A DNA stretch of 64,000 bases from Candidatus Micrarchaeota archaeon. GTDB lineage: Archaea; Micrarchaeota; Micrarchaeia; Micrarchaeales; Micrarchaeaceae. The notes beneath the pieces are model-generated. The model searched no databases, was not told where the DNA came from, and saw nothing but the letters and a program-made list of their open reading frames with translations. Below, piece by piece: positions 9,880 through 18,825 of the stretch. How positions within the stretch are numbered: position 1 is the first letter of the stretch; the number at the start of each line of letters is the position of its first letter. The stretch covers positions 9,348 through 73,347 of the forward strand of contig DAHVQB010000001.1 in assembly GCA_027317945.1 (NCBI GenBank). Direction: 5' to 3'. The translations under genes were made by a program, and so were the position numbers.

Positions 9880-10935
9880 ATGCGTGATAACATTAAAGTG
9901 CTTTTAGTATCAAAGGAATTCGATGCCAAGAGCGTTGACGGCATAGGCCGCGCATCATATGAGATATGCCGCCACATGAGCAGCATACGCAAAGTGGAAA
10001 CGCTATCTCTTAAGGATTATGCTGGAAAGCACACCAACCCAATAGCGCAGGGGCTCTCTGCCATATTCAGCGAGAGCAGCGCAATACGGGCCACCGAGCG
10101 TATGAAGCCTGACGTAATACATTCAATGGCGCCCGATCACGCCACGCCACTAAAGGCCCATGCGAGGCTGAAAGTGCTCAAATGGAATGACATGCTTGTG
10201 TACGACAGGCTAAGGCATTCGTCAGGCTTGCACTGGCTGAAGTACAAGTTCAAGATAGCGCTCTGGGAGGAGGCGCATCGCCTGGCCGACGTCTTATTGG
10301 ACGTAAGCACACAGACGCAAAAGGAGCGCGAGGCGTACTTCGGCAATGAGAAGCCCAGCTACGTAGTGGCCGACGGGCTTGATGACATATTCATAAAGTC
10401 CAATATATGGAAAGGCGAGAGGAAGGATTTCGTCTATGTGGGTTCGGTCGAGTACGGCAACAAGAACATCCCTGGGTTGCTAAAATTCCTTTCAATGTTC
10501 CAGGAGGCAGGGCACGAAGATGCTGCCTTGCACATATTTACTTCTACGTATGGTGCGGGCGATTTTGTCGCACGCGCTAACTATTGCGGTGCCAAGAACG
10601 TCATAATCCACAAATCCGCATCCGATAAGGAACTCATGGGCTATCTTACAAAAGCCATAGCGCTGGCCCACATGTCAACAAGCGAAGGTTTCGGCATACC
10701 TATATTGGAGTCCATGGCGGCCGGGACGCCGGTGCTCACGCTGCAATCCGCCCACATACCGCTGGAAGTCACGAAATACGCCTGCAAAGGCACTATGGAC
10801 AAGCTAGTCGGGATAGCAGAACGCCTAATGGAAAGGCAGATGCCATTGGAAGAGCTGAAGATAAGATATGCAAGAACGTTCAACTGGGACAAAAAGGTAA
10901 GGGAAATAAGCAGTATATACGAAAGGGAGTTATAA
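9880..10935 (+). CDS. Glycosyltransferase family 4
   Basis: DGIGR, KNIPGL and SEGFGIPILESMAAGTPV. Confidence 0.9.
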   Translation: MRDNIKVLLVSKEFDAKSVDGIGRASYEICRHMSSIRKVETLSLKDYAGKHTNPIAQGLSAIFSESSAIRATERMKPDVIHSMAPDHATPLKAHARLKVLKWNDMLVYDRLRHSSGLHWLKYKFKIALWEEAHRLADVLLDVSTQTQKEREAYFGNEKPSYVVADGLDDIFIKSNIWKGERKDFVYVGSVEYGNKNIPGLLKFLSMFQEAGHEDAALHIFTSTYGAGDFVARANYCGAKNVIIHKSASDKELMGYLTKAIALAHMSTSEGFGIPILESMAAGTPVLTLQSAHIPLEVTKYACKGTMDKLVGIAERLMERQMPLEELKIRYARTFNWDKKVREISSIYEREL

Positions 10936-11122
10936 GATTTTTTTTCCGAAGTTTGAAAATCGGGAGAAGCCAATCGTAACATTTATAAATGTTTGCTATT
11001 TTTCATACCAAAGTATAAATATAATAATCGCGTTTTACTAATTTGCAAATCCTGGTTTTTGACCGGTTTGCGTGTCAAGTTCAGGTAAATCTATATAAAT
11101 CATGAATTCAAAATTCAAACGT

Positions 11123-11224
11123 GCAGGGATGGCGGAGCCTGGTCAAACGCGACGGACTCAAGATCCGTTGGCTTAGGCCTACGGGAGTTCAAAATGTCTT
11201 GAACAAATCTCTCTCCCTGCACCA
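11123..11224 (+). tRNA. tRNA-Leu(CAA) with 14-nt T-loop intron (about 11193-11206) and encoded CCA
   Basis: Acceptor GCAGGGA/TCCCTGC-ACCA; anticodon arm ACGGA-CT-CAA-GA-TCCGT; long variable arm; T-loop is 21 nt instead of 7. Confidence 0.9.
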
Positions 11225-11245
11225 TTGCGTTTATAGGTGAACACA

Positions 11246-11965
11246 ATGCCACAGAAAAACAAGAAAACCACGAAAGCAAAGAATGCCGTCAAGGAAGTAG
11301 GCCAGAAGGCAGTAAAGATAAAGGCTAAGGCCAAGAAAGTCAAGCTCAAGGAGTCAAAGATTTTTGATATACCAACCTACGCCCAGACAGAAGAGTTCAC
11401 GAGCGTTGCAGCCTGTGCCATGATGGTACTCAAATACGTAAACAAGAACTTCAAGATGCAGAAAGAGCAGGAGTTCGCGATATGGCAGGAGGCCGTCAAC
11501 GGGAGCGTCTGGCACGGATCGAGGTACGGCTTGGCGTATGCACTTGCAACCAGGGGCACCAACCCTACAATAGTGAGCAACGTAAAAGACGAGGGTTATG
11601 AAAAGAAGCTTGCCGTATACGAAGGCATAAATCTCGATACCCTCAGCGCATCTTTCATAGAGATAAAGGAGAAGATAAAGGGCCTTAACGTTAAGGAGCT
11701 TTATGCGCAGACTACCATAAATACGATAAAGAAGCACATAAACAAAGGCCTCATACCAATAGTCCTTGTAAATGCAAACGTCATAAACCCGTACCTTGAG
11801 ACTTCACCGCACTGGGTTGTAATAAAGGGTTACGACAAGGACACGTTCTACATAAACGATCCGTATTCGGATAGCACCATAGCCATGGAGCCGGATGTTT
11901 TCAAGCAGGCTCTGGGTTATGAGAACGAGTGCCATCTTGTTGCCGTAAGTTCCAGGAGGAAGTAA
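11246..11965 (+). CDS. Peptidase C39-like protein with Lys-rich N-terminus
   Basis: IPTYAQTEEFTSVAAC, PHWVVIKGYD and YINDP; RBS AGGTGA. Confidence 0.75.
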   Translation: MPQKNKKTTKAKNAVKEVGQKAVKIKAKAKKVKLKESKIFDIPTYAQTEEFTSVAACAMMVLKYVNKNFKMQKEQEFAIWQEAVNGSVWHGSRYGLAYALATRGTNPTIVSNVKDEGYEKKLAVYEGINLDTLSASFIEIKEKIKGLNVKELYAQTTINTIKKHINKGLIPIVLVNANVINPYLETSPHWVVIKGYDKDTFYINDPYSDSTIAMEPDVFKQALGYENECHLVAVSSRRK

Positions 11966-12022
11966 TTCCTCCATTTTTAAGTTTTGGCCAGCCTTACAGC
12001 GGCGGCTTTGCGCAATTGCTGG

Positions 12023-13126
12023 TCATTGCGCTTTCTTTATCGCACTTAACACGCAATCGATTTCTGCATTTGTCTTTATGCTGTCTTTGTCGAATTGCGT
12101 CCTGGAAACTTTGTAGCCTTCTTTCTCTATGGTGTCAATCACCGATTTCATGCTGACCGATCCGATGTGCATTTTTCTGGTCATTGCCGGCAATGAGTAA
12201 TGAAACGGGATATCTATCTCGTCCCTGATCAAAGCGGCGAAATTCACCGTCTTTGTTTCGGCCTCTTGGTCGGACAGATTAGCTACAACATCGCCAATAA
12301 GGCTCTTGTTAGATAAGCTTCCTGTCCATAGCTTTCCACCTATCTGCAGCCTGCTGCCGCATGCCTTGCAATCCCGGGTTTTCGGCACGTTGCCCGAATC
12401 GCAGTATACTGCCTTGCAGCTGTTGCAGTAACCAACGTAGCCAAGCGATGAAACCGTTGACATAGCTGCCCCGTTTCCCCTCTTTAGCTCTATGAACGCG
12501 CGCATGTAGTGCATGTAAGAGAGCGCCATGTGCACGCGTATGCCCAGATTAAACTGCGCAGCTATCCTAGCCATGTAGCCTATCATTATGCGCATTCCAG
12601 TTTCATGACATAACTCATTGTGGAGCGGCATTGCATCATAAAGCCTAAGGCAGGCTTTGCTTTCTGCGCCGCATAGCACTGCGGTATCTGTCGCAGTTGC
12701 CATGATATACGAGCTGCCCTGCCCTATAACCTTCATGAGATCATAAATGTAAGGGCTGATGCCACCGAATGGGTCGAGGTCTATTATGCCAAAATTCCTT
12801 TCGGTAGTGTTGGCGAATTCCTGTATACTAGTGTTGATTGCGCATTCGCCCCGAATCGAATTCATGGCAAGGTTCCTGGCGAGGTCCGCATAAGCCCTGT
12901 CATTTATCTCTAAAAAAGAGACGTCATCGATTCCTGCTTCTAGGTGATACCTGATTCCCCTTATTCCAGTCGCGGCAGTTGCGTCCAGCAAGGCAGTCTT
13001 ACCAACGCCAAGAGCCTTTACGAATGCGACACTGATGTCCCTTGAGGCCCTCGCATTGGGATTGAGGAACGACATTCCGGTTTTGTAGACCTTTGCCTTG
13101 CCTTCAGTGTATATGTCGTTGTCCAT
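12023..13126 (-). CDS. trm1: tRNA (guanine26-N2)-dimethyltransferase
   Basis: FLNP..SRDIS, ATGIRGIRY, IDLDPFG, TATDTAVLCG; CxxC pairs. Confidence 0.92.
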   Translation of the reverse strand: MDNDIYTEGKAKVYKTGMSFLNPNARASRDISVAFVKALGVGKTALLDATAATGIRGIRYHLEAGIDDVSFLEINDRAYADLARNLAMNSIRGECAINTSIQEFANTTERNFGIIDLDPFGGISPYIYDLMKVIGQGSSYIMATATDTAVLCGAESKACLRLYDAMPLHNELCHETGMRIMIGYMARIAAQFNLGIRVHMALSYMHYMRAFIELKRGNGAAMSTVSSLGYVGYCNSCKAVYCDSGNVPKTRDCKACGSRLQIGGKLWTGSLSNKSLIGDVVANLSDQEAETKTVNFAALIRDEIDIPFHYSLPAMTRKMHIGSVSMKSVIDTIEKEGYKVSRTQFDKDSIKTNAEIDCVLSAIKKAQ

Positions 13127-13145
13127 AAAACCACTACCGCCAAAA

Positions 13146-13397
13146 CTAGAGTATCTTGAGTACCGCATCAAGCAGGCCGTGTGCATATGAAATGCACGAA
13201 AATGACGTATAAAGGTCGTTCTTGTTGAGATAGCTCTGCGAATCGCTGGCATACATCTTGGATAGTTCGACAACCTCCCCTATCCTCTTGTCGAGCGGCA
13301 TTTTTGCCTCTATCGACTTTATGTTTTCATGGAACATTGCGATATCCTTGCTTATGCGCTTTACTACGGGATCATCAGTTTTGTTCTCGGTCATCAT
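13146..13397 (-). CDS. DUF357 family protein
   Basis: MYASDSQSYL...SFSCISYAHGLLDA. Confidence 0.8.
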   Translation of the reverse strand: MMTENKTDDPVVKRISKDIAMFHENIKSIEAKMPLDKRIGEVVELSKMYASDSQSYLNKNDLYTSFSCISYAHGLLDAVLKIL

Positions 13398-13450
13398 GCC
13401 ACCATGCTATTATTTATAGTTTGATTAGCAAGATTTAAAATTGTGGTTTA

Positions 13451-14047
13451 ATGGCGGATCTATGGAGCGATTATACTGACATGCTAATAACTCAATTTGA
13501 TGCAAACTCAGGCAAGGACCGCAAGATATCTGCAAGAGATTTCTTGAGCGACCCGCTTAAATATGGTTCAGAAGAGGGCATAAATGAGATCGCGGAGTCG
13601 ATGCACAAGGACTTGACCGCATTCATTGATAACAGCATCCAGTCAGTACCGACACTTAAGACAGAATTCGAATCCGCCCTTCAGAGGTGCGACTCCGCTA
13701 CAACACTGATTTCCCAAGCCATAGCTGCGCGTGCAAAGACCAGCAAAATACCTGTCATAAGGCCGGTCTCGGTCGAAAGGAACACACCCGAAGAGATAAT
13801 AAGCGTATTGGAATCTACGCCAGATGTAAACTCTATGATAGATAAGCTCACGTCCGGTTCTTACTTGATTGCCGACTTTACGAGGGATGTAGAAGGCAAG
13901 AAGATCGGCAACTGGCTTTTCAGTGGTGCTAAGAACTATGTGCTGAACATATACATTCCATACAACGAGTACAAGTCATTGAAGGACAGCAAGAATGAAC
14001 TTAACACCCTGTTCGAAGTGGCTTTGCGCCTCATCAAAAAATCCTGA
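13451..14047 (+). CDS. Hypothetical protein
   Basis: 198-aa ORF filling the gap, co-oriented with the downstream kinase. Confidence 0.6.
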   Translation: MADLWSDYTDMLITQFDANSGKDRKISARDFLSDPLKYGSEEGINEIAESMHKDLTAFIDNSIQSVPTLKTEFESALQRCDSATTLISQAIAARAKTSKIPVIRPVSVERNTPEEIISVLESTPDVNSMIDKLTSGSYLIADFTRDVEGKKIGNWLFSGAKNYVLNIYIPYNEYKSLKDSKNELNTLFEVALRLIKKS

Positions 14048-14062
14048 TTCGACAGTGCTATA

Positions 14063-14632
14063 ATGATGATAGGAATTACGGGCACCGCAGGGGCGGGCAA
14101 GAGCTTTTTTGCGCAGATTGTCAAGGAAACGATCCCTTCATTCTCCATAATGGAACTGAATGACATAGCTGCAGAGCACAATCTCTTCTCCGGCACTGAC
14201 AAGTTCGGAACAAGGATTGTAAAAGTGAGCGCGCTGAACTCGAAGGTAAAAGCGTTACAAAAAAATGGCAAGGATGCCAACATCGCGCTTGTCGGTCACT
14301 TACTGCCGGAACTTAAGACGGATTTAGACATGGTTTTCGTGGTAAGGGCTAACCTTGAAGAATTGATAAAAAGACTCGAGGGCAGAGGCTACCAATTCGA
14401 GAAAATAAAAGATAACATAATAGCGGAAGCGCTTGATTATTGCGGAGTCAACAGCATTCATCTGTCAAAGGACGTATTCGAGATAGAAGGCAGGGCTGAG
14501 ATGGAGAATGCGGCGAAGTTGCTAAAGGCGCATATTGAGCACGGCAAGCCGATTGACATAAAAAATAAGCCCATAGACAAGATGCCCGAGCTTCTCTCAC
14601 TCATAAAGGGCGCTAACAAGTATAAGTTCTGA
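14063..14632 (+). CDS. AK6/Fap7-type nucleotide kinase
   Basis: ITGTAGAGKS, VGH, RLEGRGY..KIKDNI. Confidence 0.85.
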   Translation: MMIGITGTAGAGKSFFAQIVKETIPSFSIMELNDIAAEHNLFSGTDKFGTRIVKVSALNSKVKALQKNGKDANIALVGHLLPELKTDLDMVFVVRANLEELIKRLEGRGYQFEKIKDNIIAEALDYCGVNSIHLSKDVFEIEGRAEMENAAKLLKAHIEHGKPIDIKNKPIDKMPELLSLIKGANKYKF

Positions 14633-16051
14633 CTAAAAATGCTTTATTCTGGCCGATTCGAACGCTTCGTAAAGCATCTTCGCATAGTCTTCCGGTATGT
14701 CATTGTTCGAGTAAAAGAAGCTGCCCGCCGTTTTTATATGCGATGGCATTATAAAGTTAGGATCGCGCTTAAGTCCGCGAAGTAAGCTTTCGGCACTCAC
14801 ATGGCGCGGCTTTTCGATTGAAATGAGCTTATCATCATAAAGGAAGAATCCAAAGCTCGCCTTATGCGCCTTGAAAAATGCATTTGCCGAGCCGCCCATG
14901 AAGGCGGATGGTCCACCGAGAGGCACAGATCCTAAATTCGTTCTATTCATGAAAAACGCTATGATGCAGGAGCTTTTGGAGGCATTCTGCAGCGCCAATA
15001 CCGGAGGAAAGCCGTTTTTGGCTAGCATGGTGCATATCCTGCCCTTAAGTTTCACTAGTTGTTCCCATATTATGTCATCCGCGATGTCGTCCGACTCTAA
15101 TGCAAGCAGGTATACATCAAGGCCCATTGACTTATGCAGTCCGATTACTGCATCCCTTGATATAATGGTAGAGTATTTCGCTCCGGAGAAAGTTTTCATG
15201 TCCGCTTTCTTCATCAGCGCCTTGGCTAGTATTACAAATCTAGCCGCTGAGCTTTTTGAAAGGCTTGCAGCTACATTCCTGTTCACGTCAGTCGGATCTA
15301 TGAATATGAAGTCCGTTTTGAATTGCTTTATGAGTGCAGTACCCTCTGCAGATTTTGGGTCTATCTCGGCCTTGTTGCCCACGTCTATTATCAATGGTAA
15401 CTTAAGGTCGGCGAACCTGCCAATTACACCGTTGAACGATCCGTAATTGGATATCATAAGCTCGCACAAATATCCGGAGAACCCATGCACCTGCGCTTCG
15501 GCCCCATAAATTTGGTGATTCTTGAGGAATGCTTTCAGTATCCTTACATCATCCTTCTGCCTTTCGTTAAGGTGTTTGTTTACGAATTCATTGTGTAATG
15601 GGGTCCTATCAACTGCGCTTCCCATCTCTGCGGCAGTCCTTATCCTGAAAGCCGGCACAATGTCCGCGCTTATCTCGCCGCCATCAAATAAAACCTTGAC
15701 GTACGGATGTTCCGCATATTTTATGATGAACGACTCCCCTTTCTTCTTGTTGACTATCTTTTGGGCTATCTTAAGCCCCATAGCTTCCATCTTCCTCTCA
15801 TCTCTGCTCTTCGGGAACAATAAGAATATGTCAATGTCATAGCTTCCGCGGACCTGGGTTCCCCGGGCAACTGATCCTGCAGTGATTATCTCAACATCTT
15901 TAGGCGCCACTGCCTTTAGCCTGGCTATTATGTCATTAGCCCTGTAAGTGGCTAGCTTGATCTCCTCATCGGTAGGCTTTATGCTGTCAAGTATGCGGGC
16001 CCTAAGGCTGCCAATCACATTCATGTGGTTCCTGCCTGTAGCTTTGGCCAT
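14633..16051 (-). CDS. cca: Archaeal class I CCA-adding enzyme
   Basis: GSVARGT..DIDIF, YAEHPY, SAVDRTPLH, GFSGYLCEL, DPTD.NRNVA. Confidence 0.95.
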   Translation of the reverse strand: MAKATGRNHMNVIGSLRARILDSIKPTDEEIKLATYRANDIIARLKAVAPKDVEIITAGSVARGTQVRGSYDIDIFLLFPKSRDERKMEAMGLKIAQKIVNKKKGESFIIKYAEHPYVKVLFDGGEISADIVPAFRIRTAAEMGSAVDRTPLHNEFVNKHLNERQKDDVRILKAFLKNHQIYGAEAQVHGFSGYLCELMISNYGSFNGVIGRFADLKLPLIIDVGNKAEIDPKSAEGTALIKQFKTDFIFIDPTDVNRNVAASLSKSSAARFVILAKALMKKADMKTFSGAKYSTIISRDAVIGLHKSMGLDVYLLALESDDIADDIIWEQLVKLKGRICTMLAKNGFPPVLALQNASKSSCIIAFFMNRTNLGSVPLGGPSAFMGGSANAFFKAHKASFGFFLYDDKLISIEKPRHVSAESLLRGLKRDPNFIMPSHIKTAGSFFYSNNDIPEDYAKMLYEAFESARIKHF

Positions 16052-16110
16052 AAACTCAGCTATACATGGCTAAAAAACCTTAAATACTTTTAAATCAAAC
16101 AGTTCAGCAT

Positions 16111-16182
16111 GGGCTCGTGGCTCAGTAGTAGAGCGTTCCGTTCGCAACGGAAAGGTCGCGGGTGCGATTCCCGCCGAGTCCA
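16111..16182 (+). tRNA. tRNA-Ala(CGC)
   Basis: Acceptor GGGCTCG/CGAGTCC with G3:U70; anticodon arm TTCCG-TT-CGC-AA-CGGAA. Confidence 0.9.
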
Positions 16183-16225
16183 CATGAGTATTTCATAAAC
16201 AACAAAAGTCGCATTCCTTAGAAAC

Positions 16226-17749
16226 ATGCCGGGAATAACGCCTGATGGGATTTTATCTTTTCTTAGCCAAAATGATAATAGGATTCAAACCCATCCCCTG
16301 CGAATGGCGATTGATACGGTAGATTTGAAAGTTTCACTGTCTGGGTTGCTGCAGTATGCAGCAATGGTAATTATATTTGTGCTTGCCCTGGTTGCAATAC
16401 TCACAATGTACGGAATGGGTGGCGTGCAGTGGGACTTCATCGCCCACTGGCTTAGTGCAAGGTCGTTGGTCACTCCAGCATTCTATTCCACGCTGCTGAA
16501 TGGCAATCTTGCCAATGCCATACTATATTCCAATTCCTTCTATTTCGAAACGCTGAGGGCTCCGCTAACGGGCGTTATGATGATACCATTCGTAGCACTG
16601 GGCGGCAATGGCGCCGTGCCTGTCTACTTTGCCTCGGTGCTATCGTTCCTCCTGCTATCCGCTATCTACATTTCCCGCAAGTTTGAGATTCCCCCGTTGA
16701 TACTGGTACTGCTGATATTTACTCCGTATGTAGCACTTTTCCTGCTGCTGCTCAATGGCACTGAGATTGTATCAATGGGCATCATGCTGGTAGCCGTAGC
16801 ACTTCTTTTGAAGAATGATTGGAAATCAGGAATCGCAATAGGCTTGGCAGGGCTGGCGAAATACCCCAACCTCATATTCATTCCATTGATTTTCCTGCTG
16901 CCGCGCAAGGAAAGGTACAAAGCCTTCCTGGCAGCTTTTCTTGTTAGCTTACCGTGGCTTCTATTCAACACCGCAGTGTATCATATCCCGATATTCAGCT
17001 ACATAATTTCGGTAGGTGCATTTTCAGGGGGAGGCACAAATAATGGGTACTTCCCGATAGCTGTGATGCTACAGTCACTCTGGTTGATACTGCCGGAGCT
17101 TGCGCCAGCGCTCTTGATATTGGTTGTGGCGATGATCACAAATAGCGGTAAAGGTGCCGCTTGGCTCAAGTGTCCTTGGAAGCGGTTGACAACGCTCAAG
17201 CTCGATTATAGATACAAGGTAATCCTATGTTTCTTAGGGTTAGGGGTTCTTGCCTGGTTGCTTACCGCCATAAGGGGCTCTATCAATGATCTGCCAAGGC
17301 TAGGTTACCTCATATATGGGGGCTTGGCATTGTTGTTTGCAGTTTCAATCCATGACCTATTCACTAAATGGCATGTTACCAGGCTCGTCTATGTATCTTA
17401 TGTGTCTGTCTTGTTTGTAATAATGGCAGCGATATTAATCACATGGACACCATATACGGGATACGTGTTTAGAGGGTCATCAAATCCTACTCTGCTAGCA
17501 GCAGAAAGTGCGATAAATGGTTCGGGGATCTCGAAGTGCAACATGGTGTCTAACAACTGGGTCTATCTAATATATGCAGGGTATAAAGCACATTTTCCAT
17601 ACTACTACAACTTTACAGTGCAACATTATCCTATTGTCTACTTTACTGACCTTGGCGCGAACAACACGGCTGTGAACTTTGCCAATATGACTAAGGAACT
17701 GAAATATCCAGGTCTATTAGTCGCCTTCCCTAAGAATTATACGTGCTAA
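16226..17749 (+). CDS. GT-C fold membrane glycosyltransferase (GT87/PMT-like)
   Basis: Multi-TM protein; WDF, FETLRAPL and GLAGLAKY; start uncertain. Confidence 0.6.
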   Translation: MPGITPDGILSFLSQNDNRIQTHPLRMAIDTVDLKVSLSGLLQYAAMVIIFVLALVAILTMYGMGGVQWDFIAHWLSARSLVTPAFYSTLLNGNLANAILYSNSFYFETLRAPLTGVMMIPFVALGGNGAVPVYFASVLSFLLLSAIYISRKFEIPPLILVLLIFTPYVALFLLLLNGTEIVSMGIMLVAVALLLKNDWKSGIAIGLAGLAKYPNLIFIPLIFLLPRKERYKAFLAAFLVSLPWLLFNTAVYHIPIFSYIISVGAFSGGGTNNGYFPIAVMLQSLWLILPELAPALLILVVAMITNSGKGAAWLKCPWKRLTTLKLDYRYKVILCFLGLGVLAWLLTAIRGSINDLPRLGYLIYGGLALLFAVSIHDLFTKWHVTRLVYVSYVSVLFVIMAAILITWTPYTGYVFRGSSNPTLLAAESAINGSGISKCNMVSNNWVYLIYAGYKAHFPYYYNFTVQHYPIVYFTDLGANNTAVNFANMTKELKYPGLLVAFPKNYTC

Positions 17750-17811
17750 TTCCCTGCTACTATAAAGCCGTATAAATACTGTCATATCAATACGTTGGGT
17801 ATGCCATATAA

Positions 17812-18400
17812 ATCGCAGCGGTACTGGTAATAATTAGGTATGTTGAGCTGACATACTCTCCTATCTCAAGGATAGGAGGTTCTCGGTGATTCAATGACCA
17901 CTTCATATTTTAGAGAACATTACCAGTTTCAAGGCCGCAGAGCATCCTTGCGTTGCCTTTCTGGGCGTATCAGTGCTGCCCTTGCATGCATCCCTGTCTG
18001 TATTCAATCGGGATATGCCCTTATTCAGCATCTTTGGATGGATGCTGAAACATTCCCTACTGTGGATTTCGTGCCACAGCACATCAACCTGACGCATCCT
18101 GCACTCAATTCTGAATACTCGTTTCGGATGTGCTTCAGACATATGCAGGGGACATTGATGATATTATGACGGCAAACCATAAAAGCACGCATTCATCCCT
18201 TATCTAAAGGACAAGGGCTTTCTGCTATTCATTCTGTAAAGATAGTGCTAAGGAAGAACAGGCAGTACCATTCCCTAGCGATATCATTACTGCAGAGGGG
18301 AACAGTTGTAGCAATGCTTGCAACACTTCTGTATTCAATGGCATTGGAAATGACTATTTCAACAAGATATTCTACATGTCATTCCTTCTGCTGATACTTA
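17812..18400 (+). pseudogene. Relic of a membrane-protein gene interrupted by the IS605-derived element
   Basis: Joining 17847 to 18236 restores a hydrophobic open frame IAAVLVIIRYVE|VKIVLRKNRQYHSLAISLLQRGTVVAMLATLLYSM. Confidence 0.45.
17848..18235 (-). mobile_element. Non-autonomous IS200/IS605-derived element (about 388 bp)
   Basis: Minus strand reads TTTAC|AGAATGAATAGCAGAAAGCCCTTGTCCTTTAGATAAGGGATGAATG (left-end hairpin) ... GAACCTCCTATCCTTGAGATAGGAGAGTATGTCAG (right-end hairpin); no intact transposase or TnpB ORF. Confidence 0.75.
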
Positions 18401-18407
18401 CAAACAT

Positions 18408-18785
18408 GCTTCATGGAACAGGTTTATGCAAATGCTTTCATACAAGGCTGAAAGTGCTGGTTTGAGTGTAGTCAAGGTGGATGCAAGGAACACCTCAAAG
18501 GAATGCAGTAGTTGTGGTAACATTCGGGAGATGCCACTCTCGGAAAGAGCGTACATCTGCCAGAGATGCGGAATGTCAAAGGACAGGGACATAAACGCAT
18601 CAATAAACATACTCAACAGAGCTACCCCCGGACAGAGGGAAAGTCACGCCCAGGGAGAGAACGTAAGACCCCAACAGGAGGCGACTCCCGGCGAACTGGG
18701 AACCGATAAAACACATCCTTTGCGGGATGCAGCGATTGCATGAACGCAGAGGAAGCCCACGCCGTTCACGGGTGGGGAATGTCAC
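18408..18785 (+). mobile_element. tnpB: IS200/IS605 3' remnant: truncated tnpB plus right end
   Basis: ASWNRFMQMLSYKAE..NTSKECSSCG..CQRCG..DRDINASINIL; right end GAAGCCCACGCCGTTCACGGGTGGGGAATGTCAC. Confidence 0.85.
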
Positions 18786-18825
18786 CACATAAAGTGCCTT
18801 TACCGCGGCTTTTTGGGATGGTTGC

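Noticed and set aside
17894..18169. IS200 tnpA or a real small gene
   Set aside because: No HUH/Tyr motifs; these ORFs lie inside the decayed element
16183..18800. tRNA-integrated island or provirus
   Set aside because: No integrase and no duplicated tRNA 3' end (att site) seen
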